A DNA stretch of 64,000 bases from a virus: the IMG/VR virus record IMGVR_UViG_3300046170_000289, one strand, 5' to 3'. A model generated the notes under the pieces. It saw only the letters and a list, made by a program, of their open reading frames with translations. It was not told where the DNA came from and made no database searches. Positions 56,539-63,998 of the stretch are shown piece after piece. Both the position numbers and the translations under genes were made by a program. The first letter of the stretch is position 1, and the number at the start of each line of letters is the position of its first letter.

Positions 56539-56685
56539 TTAACCCTCTTTTTTCTTTGGTCTCTCAGGTGGTTGAATATTCTTCTTCACCTTATGAAGAT
56601 ATTTATCACTTCGTGGGTCGGTTATTAGCCGCATACCCGATTTGATAAAGTCTTCACTCTGGTCAGGCACTGGACTGTTAGCCAC
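56539..56685 (-). CDS. Small hypothetical protein (48 aa, GTG start, MANSPVPDQSEDFIKSG...)
   Basis: Read manually. GGAGG RBS before the GTG, and the stop abuts the gp25 ATG. Confidence 0.7.
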   Translation of the reverse strand: MANSPVPDQSEDFIKSGMRLITDPRSDKYLHKVKKNIQPPERPKKKEG

Positions 56686-56709
56686 GATGATTCCTCCACA
56701 TGGTAATTT

Positions 56710-56717
56710 TATTTATG
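56710..56717 (-). promoter_or_regulatory. T4-type late promoter (CATAAATA)
   Basis: Overlaps the upstream stop, 25 nt from the next start. Confidence 0.7.
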
Positions 56718-57237
56718 GACATTCCCAATGGTTGTTAGGACGCTCCCACCAGAAGTGTAAATCTTCTTGGGAATTGTCATAATAATGGGAAACGAAGTCA
56801 GACTTGAATCTGCTTCCTTTATTTTCACAAAGAGCAACGGTGTAGTATGGCTTGCGATCACCAACCACTTGATACTCTTCCATGATGTCTGTGATCCAAG
56901 TGTAGTTGCCACCTCTGATGACACCTGCTTCGATCAATACAAAGTTGTCCCAGTCTAGAGTCCACGACAGAAAGTCTATGGTAAATCGCTTAGCATAGTT
57001 TTCAACCGATTCATCTGGAAAGGGGACATTCACTGCTTCAATATGATAAATCTCACCATCCTTGCTTAGTGCATGACTCAAATGTTGAGTTACGATACTA
57101 GAGTAGTCTGGTGAGACACATAGGAAACAAGTGTTATCAGGGTGAATGTCTGGATCCTCCATTTGGATCCGATAGATCATTTCCTGAATTAGTGCCATCT
57201 CCCTGTCTTGGGAAATGAAATTGAGTTTCCTCTTCAT
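56713..57237 (-). CDS. Phosphoribosyltransferase-fold protein (degenerate PRPP loop)
   Basis: FLCVSPDYSSIV and VLIEAGVIRGGN align loosely with the type I PRTase core (hhhDDhhxTGxT). Confidence 0.65.
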   Translation of the reverse strand: MKRKLNFISQDREMALIQEMIYRIQMEDPDIHPDNTCFLCVSPDYSSIVTQHLSHALSKDGEIYHIEAVNVPFPDESVENYAKRFTIDFLSWTLDWDNFVLIEAGVIRGGNYTWITDIMEEYQVVGDRKPYYTVALCENKGSRFKSDFVSHYYDNSQEDLHFWWERPNNHWECP

Positions 57238-57385
57238 GATTATATGAGGGCGGGTGGAAGTTACAATACTCGTTAAAGGTAATCTTCATTTCTTTATACG
57301 AGAGTCCACAGTGATTTGCTGCTTTAGGAAGATTCCATTTAGCAGACCAAAGCATCTCCATAGACTCTCGGGTCTCAGCTCTCAT
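57137..57385 (-). CDS. Small hypothetical protein (HTH-like: WNLPKAANHCGLSYKEMK); 3' end doubtful
   Basis: ORF track. The 101-nt overlap with the downstream gene suggests the true end is near 57234. Confidence 0.65.
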   Translation of the reverse strand: MRAETRESMEMLWSAKWNLPKAANHCGLSYKEMKITFNEYCNFHPPSYNHEEETQFHFPRQGDGTNSGNDLSDPNGGSRHSP

Positions 57386-57531
57386 CGACCTTGACCACGG
57401 TAACGCTTACCTTTCTTGTTACGAGATGATGCTGAGTATTTAGTATTGCCCGATGCCCCTTGTCGAGTCATCTTGGGTTTACCAGGCACCCATCCATCTT
57501 TAACCAGTCCAGTCTTTGCTTTAGCGGGCAT
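57382..57531 (-). CDS. Small basic protein (49 aa, ...KRYRGQGR)
   Basis: Read manually. ATGA-coupled to the next gene, K/R-rich. Confidence 0.7.
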   Translation of the reverse strand: MPAKAKTGLVKDGWVPGKPKMTRQGASGNTKYSASSRNKKGKRYRGQGR

Positions 57532-57550
57532 TAGTCCCTTTCAAACTACC

Positions 57551-58084
57551 TTAGGATGATAGCACAGTTGGGTGACCAAAGGCAACCACTGAAGAGCATG
57601 GATATGAGAATCCAGGGAATCCAACACCTAGTGGATCTAGGATCCTGCCGACAGGTATCTTAAATGCAAACACTGTCAACGTAGTGGGGAAGAGGACTCT
57701 CGGGTGTCCCACTCCACCAGAGTCTTCAATAGTCAGTGTGCTGCATGGGATAGGTGTAGGAATAGGACACACACCCTTACCACAAGGGCAGATGTAAATC
57801 ACAATATTTGTACACAAAGCAATGTGGGGAGTGAATGTATCACCACCGATCATGATGGGGATAAACTGCACCAGCACTGTTGCTCGTATTGGATTGACTG
57901 CTGAAAGGGGAATTAGAGGTGTGGGTGGCCACCAGCATGTAAAATTCTTAATGACGATGCTGTAGGGCACAGGAGGGGTGCCACACGCCTGCACTGAGTG
58001 GATGGTAGAAGGCAGACAGAGACCATGACCTGAGCATGGCAAACCATTCAGTGATGCAACTGGTTTTAGAAATCCGAATGCCAT
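57551..58084 (-). CDS. PAAR-like baseplate spike-tip protein (gp5.4-like)
   Basis: CSGHG, TFTPH, GHPRVL, PVGRILDPLG and CSSVVAFGHPTV follow the PAAR three-repeat, His/Cys metal-site pattern. Confidence 0.78.
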   Translation of the reverse strand: MAFGFLKPVASLNGLPCSGHGLCLPSTIHSVQACGTPPVPYSIVIKNFTCWWPPTPLIPLSAVNPIRATVLVQFIPIMIGGDTFTPHIALCTNIVIYICPCGKGVCPIPTPIPCSTLTIEDSGGVGHPRVLFPTTLTVFAFKIPVGRILDPLGVGFPGFSYPCSSVVAFGHPTVLSS

Positions 58085-60075
58085 TAAAACTCCTGGTTAA
58101 TATCCTTACCTGCAGTGTCAGGTCTTGCCACATCGCACTCGGAGAAGTATGGGTTACCAAAGTTATTGATAGCATTACTGAGTGCTTGGACGCCACCAGT
58201 CAACCAATTCCTTACACGCATTGTGCCGCTGTAAGATCCCATCTTCAATACTGTGTCTCCATCTTCGTTGGTATACATTCTAGATGGGTCAATAGCAATA
58301 GATGCGTCATTCACATTATCTAGACCACACGCAGGTGGTCCACCACCCAATCCAAGCAGAGTGTAAAACAAACCACCAGTATACCCAGCTCCTGAAACGC
58401 AGGTTGAGCAGAAAGGATTCAGTGGTCCAGTGGCAGTTGTATGTCCATCTGGTGTAGTGCCGTTAGCGGGTCCGTTGATCTCCCAGAAGCGTTTCCCAGC
58501 GATCGGGTCACCATTGGTATCATAACCACAGTAAACGTCTAGAGGGGCGTCTGAGGGCGATCCTGAGGCACGTACATACTTGTCCCAGCAATCATGGTTA
58601 GGCACATTCGTGCTGCCAGGGTCTGGACTACAGTCTACAGTAAATGCAGTGTATGGTTGAGGCGTTGTGCTGCCACCATAACTCGTAGTAGATGAAGATG
58701 ATGAGGTTGATCCGTCTGGATTGGTTACTGTAGTTGTAGTTGTCTCATCATCAACCCAAGTCAATCCAAAAGATGCCGATGTAAGACCACCACCAGTCAG
58801 ATTATCACCCAACCAGAGCTGGAATTGCTCATATTCCGTGAAACCACTACGGTTATAGTCAAAAGTATTCTCATCTAGACCCACTGGGACGAAAATAATG
58901 TCATTTTGGTCATTAGGATCTCGATAGCAGCGCCCATCGACCGCTCCATTGCTACAATTCCACGTTTTATAACCACCAGACACCTTTCTGCGCGGTGTTA
59001 CCTTGGGTTTTTTGAAATCTTCGAGGTATTGCATGAAGTCATCACCCATAGATCCTGTAGTTCTGCCCTCAATCATGATTGACACGTTAAATTCTGCCTC
59101 TTTGACCTTAGAAGCGCAGTATTTGTAAGGCAAATAACCGAAAGCACGCTCATCAGTGAGGTTTCTACCCTTCTCAATCATGTCAACAACGGCAGATCCC
59201 TTCTCAGTAGTGCTAATGTACGCACATGGCATGTCAAACCAGCGTCTGATGTTGTAAACCTTGGGTTGTCCCATGGTCAAACAGCGGTTTTTCTGGAAAG
59301 GACCGTAAACATGCGACGTTGACTCTTGGTATTCATCCAATTCACCGACTGTTTTGTAGATATCGGGCATAACTTGCGACTCAAACCCACGAATGCGGTC
59401 ATCGAGACCACTCATGATCTCCCAGAAGTCCTTTTTAGGGATGGCATCAAGCACATTACCGCGACCATTCACCTCCAAACAGTTAGGTGGGAGGTCAAAA
59501 CACAGTTTTGTTTCATTCTCAGTGTCAAGCTCCGCCATTCTGATGTAAGAATCAGGTGCTGCAGAGGCAACAGGGGTGCTCATAATAGTGAAACCCGTGT
59601 TTGCTACCTGATTAGGGGAGGTTGCAGACCCAAGACCCGTAGTACCTAGGGACTGAAACTCAGTAGGTGCCCCTCTAAACTCTTCTCCAGTGTTAGTATT
59701 GATCCAATCCGTAGGATCTTGCTGTTTACCAGTGGGTAAACCACCCTCAACATTAGCAAACTGATCAGAAATACCCTGTCCTAGCGCAGCAATGTCTCCG
59801 ATGTCGGGACTTTCATACTCAATATACTCAGGATCGGTTACAAATACATCAGGTGGCTCCTCAGGATCGTATCCTGATCCAGGTTTAACCACTCTAACTC
59901 TCTTGATACCGCCAATTTCATCGAATGCAGCGATCTTTAACTTAGCAGATTTGAGCTTTACTGCGATATTGTCATGATCAATGGGGAAATCAAGTGCTCC
60001 TTGAGCGGATCCAGCAGCAACTTGCACCTCTTTGATGGGATCATCCCCTGAGAATGAGGATTCAGGTGAATCCAA
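58084..60075 (-). CDS. 3' fragment of a ~1,299-aa Cys-rich virion protein
   Basis: The ORF start is only a TTG. The frame is open from 60105 and continues the upstream ORF after a +1 shift. Confidence 0.78.
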   Translation of the reverse strand: MDSPESSFSGDDPIKEVQVAAGSAQGALDFPIDHDNIAVKLKSAKLKIAAFDEIGGIKRVRVVKPGSGYDPEEPPDVFVTDPEYIEYESPDIGDIAALGQGISDQFANVEGGLPTGKQQDPTDWINTNTGEEFRGAPTEFQSLGTTGLGSATSPNQVANTGFTIMSTPVASAAPDSYIRMAELDTENETKLCFDLPPNCLEVNGRGNVLDAIPKKDFWEIMSGLDDRIRGFESQVMPDIYKTVGELDEYQESTSHVYGPFQKNRCLTMGQPKVYNIRRWFDMPCAYISTTEKGSAVVDMIEKGRNLTDERAFGYLPYKYCASKVKEAEFNVSIMIEGRTTGSMGDDFMQYLEDFKKPKVTPRRKVSGGYKTWNCSNGAVDGRCYRDPNDQNDIIFVPVGLDENTFDYNRSGFTEYEQFQLWLGDNLTGGGLTSASFGLTWVDDETTTTTVTNPDGSTSSSSSTTSYGGSTTPQPYTAFTVDCSPDPGSTNVPNHDCWDKYVRASGSPSDAPLDVYCGYDTNGDPIAGKRFWEINGPANGTTPDGHTTATGPLNPFCSTCVSGAGYTGGLFYTLLGLGGGPPACGLDNVNDASIAIDPSRMYTNEDGDTVLKMGSYSGTMRVRNWLTGGVQALSNAINNFGNPYFSECDVARPDTAGKDINQEF

Positions 60076-61984
60076 TTGCCTTATTCCAGTCAGGATCCTT
60101 GAGGATTAGGTCTTCTAAGTGCTCTGTAGTGTCCGTAGCAGAGAAATTCTTGAGGACTTTGGGTGTAATTGCCGTAATCTTTGCGTTTTTGGAGTAACCA
60201 CGTCCGCTATTAATGACAATAATCTCATCAATACCGCCTTTATCGTTAATAACTGCCTCAAACTTCGCCTCATCGAGTGTACGATTGGGGACAAGTGCCT
60301 TCGGAGAGAGCTCAACCTTGTAGAATGCCACTCTTTTGGGGAATTCATACACACCAGCAAACGCACATTTGTCTTTAATGCCGTATCCAGCAAGGATTTC
60401 GCACTGACCATCGTCTGTAGACGTGAATTGTTGCAGATAAGAGAAGTCATTTCCGTCTCCTTCCAATTCCATGACGCCACATTTGAGCTGATCGCCGTAA
60501 TAAAGGACGGAAACTATATTCCAACCGTTGATTTGCTCACCTCTATTGAAGTCACCACTCCTTGTTAGGTATCTAAACAGGACTTTAGTGCTATCTGTGT
60601 CAATAGTTTCAAAGGATTCGTTGACTGCATCGGTAGATGCATCAGTTAACACGCATCTAGTCTTAGTAGTCTCCCAAGAATCCTCACGAATCTTGTAGAA
60701 GTGTGAGTAATAATGATCATTAGGGACGCAACATGGTCTAGGTCTACCACTATTGTCGTCATTACAAGTGGTATTAGGGCAGCAGGGGATATCATTCAGT
60801 GCATACTGAATACCAAAGATCGGTCCATTCCAAGGATACGACGTATCGTAGAGATAGTAATAGAATTGTGAGTCATATGAATCCTCAAATCCTAGGAAAC
60901 GAGGCACTGCTCCCTTGATTGCACCATTGAGTCCATACATCCACTCAAAGTTTGCATTCTCACTTGTCTTCTCTGCGTTATCAGGGTTACCAAATCCCAG
61001 CACACCAGGGGTAGCACCACTAGGACCATTACCATAACCACCAGGATACCCACCTCTGTTATAAACTCTCCAGTTAAAGGGTTGGTCTTCCCCAGGGAAT
61101 GCATACCAGTCACGCTTATTCACACACTGACCAGTAGGTCCTAACTTACCCAGCTCTATAACACGCTCTTGTGGACTGTTAGGAGCATCTGCAGGATACA
61201 CATACCCAATGATACCCTGATAGTCGTATTCCCTATCCAGTGGTTTCTTACATGGGATAGGATTATCGTCTAGATTGATCTCCTCTGCAGGGTTGATCGT
61301 ATAGAAGTCATCAATATCTTTTCCACTACTTGCATTCTGACTACCATAACGGTAATGATACAGAGGCACAGCATCAGGTCCATACTCCTGTGCATCAGAT
61401 TCATTTGTAAAGATATACCCTAAGGTATAACACTTGTAATACTTTCCTTTACCACACCCAGTGCTGTAACCAGAAGGGTTACCATTACCAGCAACTAGGA
61501 CTGTATTGTCAGGCCAATATGAATACCACACTACGAGTGGCACAGCACCTTCTTGCTCACGATCTAAACAGAAGAAGTATGGAGTGCCTTTCCTTGGCTC
61601 ATGATTATATCCACTCGATATCTTCTTCCACGATTCATTCTCACATCCTGCATCTGCTTCGATCATCTCAGGATTCTTTGTATACTTGTGATCGCGCTTC
61701 GCACCACGATACCATCTGTATACAGGTTTACGGGTATATCCGCAGTATGCTACACAAACCTCCTCTTGGTCACCGATATAGTGTACAGCATCTTTCCCCA
61801 GAGGATAGGATCCAGGTCCACTACCCTCAAAGGTAATAAAGTAGTCTGTGCCCGTGCCAAGTCCATTACCATCTGCATGACTTTCATAGTCACCGCTGGA
61901 TGGTCTTTTCCAGGTTGTATTATATTCTTCCCCTGCAATAGGGTTAGGAAAACTTCGAGCAGACTCTAGGAGATATGCAGGCAT
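60062..61984 (-). CDS. 5' fragment of the ~1,299-aa Cys-rich virion protein
   Basis: 640-aa ORF with three PVY/PLY...D(H/D)xYT...GY repeats and a GIDEIIVINSGRGY module. Confidence 0.8.
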   Translation of the reverse strand: MPAYLLESARSFPNPIAGEEYNTTWKRPSSGDYESHADGNGLGTGTDYFITFEGSGPGSYPLGKDAVHYIGDQEEVCVAYCGYTRKPVYRWYRGAKRDHKYTKNPEMIEADAGCENESWKKISSGYNHEPRKGTPYFFCLDREQEGAVPLVVWYSYWPDNTVLVAGNGNPSGYSTGCGKGKYYKCYTLGYIFTNESDAQEYGPDAVPLYHYRYGSQNASSGKDIDDFYTINPAEEINLDDNPIPCKKPLDREYDYQGIIGYVYPADAPNSPQERVIELGKLGPTGQCVNKRDWYAFPGEDQPFNWRVYNRGGYPGGYGNGPSGATPGVLGFGNPDNAEKTSENANFEWMYGLNGAIKGAVPRFLGFEDSYDSQFYYYLYDTSYPWNGPIFGIQYALNDIPCCPNTTCNDDNSGRPRPCCVPNDHYYSHFYKIREDSWETTKTRCVLTDASTDAVNESFETIDTDSTKVLFRYLTRSGDFNRGEQINGWNIVSVLYYGDQLKCGVMELEGDGNDFSYLQQFTSTDDGQCEILAGYGIKDKCAFAGVYEFPKRVAFYKVELSPKALVPNRTLDEAKFEAVINDKGGIDEIIVINSGRGYSKNAKITAITPKVLKNFSATDTTEHLEDLILKDPDWNKAIGFT

Positions 61985-61990
61985 TACAAA

Positions 61991-62233
61991 TCATTTGTCT
62001 TCCAAATTATTTAGACGGGTATATAGATCGTCAAATAACTGAGGCAAATTAGAATGCTCTTCATGTCCTGGTATCTTGTATTTGATCATATCCGCACCAG
62101 GCGGCGGAGTTGATTGTAATGCTTGCTCTAGGGCAGTTACGCGATTAGACAGTTGGACTAACGCTTGTGATAATTGCTCAAAACCCCAGTTGGTATATTC
62201 TTCTAGGGTGTTAAACTTAGGAGTTTCATTCAT
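61991..62233 (-). CDS. Hypothetical coiled-coil protein (80 aa)
   Basis: ORF track. Confidence 0.75.
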   Translation of the reverse strand: MNETPKFNTLEEYTNWGFEQLSQALVQLSNRVTALEQALQSTPPPGADMIKYKIPGHEEHSNLPQLFDDLYTRLNNLEDK

Positions 62234-62262
62234 AAATTAGGACGCGGTTTTTCGCGGATTTT

Positions 62263-62427
62263 TTAGGTCACTACTTTCTTCATTATAATAGATCCGTCAA
62301 TATCCTCGGAATACTCGATAGTATCTCCCACGTCCCACTGTGCTTCTTCTAGCAAATCATCGGGTAGTGTGACAAAGCATTCTCCATGCTCATCTACCTC
62401 GACTTCTAGGACATAACGCTTTGACAT
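62263..62427 (-). CDS. AbrB/MazE/SpoVT-like DNA-binding protein (54 aa)
   Basis: VTLPDDLLEEAQWDVGDTIEYSEDIDGSIIMKK matches the swapped-hairpin pattern. Confidence 0.75.
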   Translation of the reverse strand: MSKRYVLEVEVDEHGECFVTLPDDLLEEAQWDVGDTIEYSEDIDGSIIMKKVVT

Positions 62428-62449
62428 GTAGGTATTAGTTTCTACAATG

Positions 62450-62932
62450 CTATGTAGACTTCTTACGGATTGCACCGATACAACTCGTATTCCATATACG
62501 GTTGCCCTCTTTCTCAAGGTCTACAATCATACTGACAGCATCATATGGATGATGAAGCATATAACCATCACCTAGGTAAATCCCTCCATGATTCGGTGCT
62601 CTGCCCCGTGGTGCTGAGTATGATCCTCCTAATGGATTGGTATACAACCTGAAGAGAATTACATCCTCTGGAAGGAGTGTAGAGAAGTCTGTCTCCTCTC
62701 CCCATTCACTCTCCCATAGTTTCTCTGCACCACCCTCTGCAATTGCTTCATCAGTAAAGGTGATGATTCCCCGTGCATTGAAGTCTGGTAGATCGTCATC
62801 ATGGATATACTTGTAATACTTACGAATGATCTCATAACATCCGTAGATACGTCGTCCTGTCCAGGGCAAACCTATCAAGTCTTTGTATTGCTCTCTTAAA
62901 GCAATCATCTTCTCCTTGCGGGAAATACTCAT
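62450..62932 (-). CDS. NlpC/P60-family (C40) peptidase
   Basis: LIGLPW..., GCYE (catalytic Cys), DVILF and NHGGIYLGDGYMLHHP (His, His). Confidence 0.85.
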   Translation of the reverse strand: MSISRKEKMIALREQYKDLIGLPWTGRRIYGCYEIIRKYYKYIHDDDLPDFNARGIITFTDEAIAEGGAEKLWESEWGEETDFSTLLPEDVILFRLYTNPLGGSYSAPRGRAPNHGGIYLGDGYMLHHPYDAVSMIVDLEKEGNRIWNTSCIGAIRKKST

Positions 62933-63096
62933 GTTTTGGTAGTCTTGTTTGTAAGTTTGGCGAGAAGCGCCTTGTAAGCGATCCTAGCGGTCTCTGAGAG
63001 AGATTCCCAGATATAATTCAACTGTGCTCTCAAAGGGGTTGAGAGAGTAAAATTATACTGGGAATTTTTTTGTGTAGGGGGGACCCGAAGTTTCAT
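62929..63096 (-). CDS. Possible small ORF (55 aa, MKLRVPPTQKNSQYNFTLST...)
   Basis: Read manually. ATGA overlap with the NlpC/P60 gene, but the frame is ambiguous in the 3' half. Confidence 0.4.
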   Translation of the reverse strand: MKLRVPPTQKNSQYNFTLSTPLRAQLNYIWESLSETARIAYKALLAKLTNKTTKT

Positions 63097-63202
63097 TTGA
63101 ATAATATTGTGAGGTCGCTGTGATACTTTTGTAGGTTAGGGAAGTATACCTTTTTTATATACCCGCTTCGCGGTAACACAAACCATGCACAAAAACACTG
63201 TC

Positions 63203-63409
63203 CTAAGTGTCTCCTACCTCTACATCATAGCACATACCCTCAGCAATGCAATAGTCACAGAATTGTTGATACTGTCTCAGGTCATCATCTAGATCTAAGT
63301 CTATCAACTCCTGTGCCAGTTGTATTTGCTCTGCTGGTGGTAGTTGTCCCTCATCGTATAACTCTAGAAGCATTTCTAGTTTATTAGATAGGGATGTGGA
63401 GTTGGTCAT
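63203..63409 (-). CDS. Acidic early hypothetical protein (68 aa)
   Basis: ORF track. About 16 D/E versus 2 K/R. Confidence 0.7.
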   Translation of the reverse strand: MTNSTSLSNKLEMLLELYDEGQLPPAEQIQLAQELIDLDLDDDLRQYQQFCDYCIAEGMCYDVEVGDT

Positions 63410-63573
63410 AGTTGTGCTGAGAATGTGCGTGCGTCGTTAACTGCTTGCTGCTGACTCTTGAATGGTCCATTCTTTGGACAACCCTCGTAATCATACCGCC
63501 AAAAGTAACGCTTACTCTTCTCCCAGAGTTTTACATCAACTGGAGGATTGGTGTCGAGTGTGATGCTTTTCAT
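63406..63573 (-). CDS. Early hypothetical protein (55 aa, MKSITLDTNPPVDVKLWEK...GPFKSQQQA)
   Basis: Read manually. TAATG and ATGA coupling at its two ends. Confidence 0.7.
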   Translation of the reverse strand: MKSITLDTNPPVDVKLWEKSKRYFWRYDYEGCPKNGPFKSQQQAVNDARTFSAQL

Positions 63574-63677
63574 TAGTCTGTGTAGGTGTCAGATAGGGTG
63601 TCTTCAGTTAAGTCATCATACTCGGGTGAATCATCATCTAGGATGTCATCAATCCAGTCCTTGTCGATTTCATTCAT
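63573..63677 (-). CDS. Very acidic micro-protein (34 aa)
   Basis: MNEIDKDWIDDILDDDSPEYDDLTEDTLSDTYTD, translationally coupled on both sides. Confidence 0.65.
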   Translation of the reverse strand: MNEIDKDWIDDILDDDSPEYDDLTEDTLSDTYTD

Positions 63678-63862
63678 GAGTTGTAATCCTCTGGGCGATT
63701 GGTGGCATTGTCGGGCGATGGGCGTTGATACTTACCTGTGGATTCATCTGTGGAAAACTCATCACTTACTGTGCGATTCGTCTTACCATACTGTCTCTTT
63801 TCTCTGATAGATTTGGGGCGTCGTGAGTTGTGGAGGTCGTTGCGTTTGTAGGTCCTTCCCAT
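63674..63862 (-). CDS. Early hypothetical basic protein (62 aa, MGRTYKRND...)
   Basis: ORF track. First gene downstream of the sigma70-like promoter. Confidence 0.72.
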   Translation of the reverse strand: MGRTYKRNDLHNSRRPKSIREKRQYGKTNRTVSDEFSTDESTGKYQRPSPDNATNRPEDYNS

Positions 63863-63903
63863 TAGTCAGCAGATCAAAAGTGTCTTTGGTTAACTACTCA
63901 GTA

Positions 63904-63932
63904 ATAATAGAATCGATTGGCATAATTGTCAA
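63904..63932 (-). promoter_or_regulatory. Sigma70-type early promoter
   Basis: TTGACA-17 nt-TATTAT, 42 nt upstream of the 63862 start. Confidence 0.82.
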
Positions 63933-63969
63933 GTGGTCTGTGTGGGTTTGTGTAGTGGTCGCTGGTATG

Positions 63970-63998
63970 TTGACAAAAAAAACTCGCTGTGCTACGGT
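63970..63998 (+). promoter_or_regulatory. Divergent sigma70-type promoter pointing out of the window
   Basis: TTGACA-17 nt-TACGGT with an extended -10 TGn. The target gene is not visible. Confidence 0.55.

Noticed and set aside
56481-56560. Possible frameshift in the A-run of the 48-aa ORF before gp25
   Set aside because: A recount gives six A, so the ORF ends cleanly at 56539, directly before the gp25 ATG.
2792-58196. Minus-strand alternate-frame ORFs nested in large genes (e.g. 2792..3220, 20644..21117, 39008..39625, 49770..50315)
   Set aside because: They are fully overlapped by well-supported genes, with the Leu/Val/Ser-rich composition typical of off-frame reading.
27724-61984. Stop-codon reassignment as the cause of split genes
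   Set aside because: All breaks change reading frame. None is an in-frame TAG/TGA, and all three stops are used normally.
301-63807. Numerous plus-strand ORFs of 60-277 aa (e.g. 33929..34762, 39243..39956, 49567..50250, 21980..22648)
   Set aside because: They are antisense shadows of long minus-strand genes with biased codon usage. They have no RBS or promoter context and no recognisable motifs.
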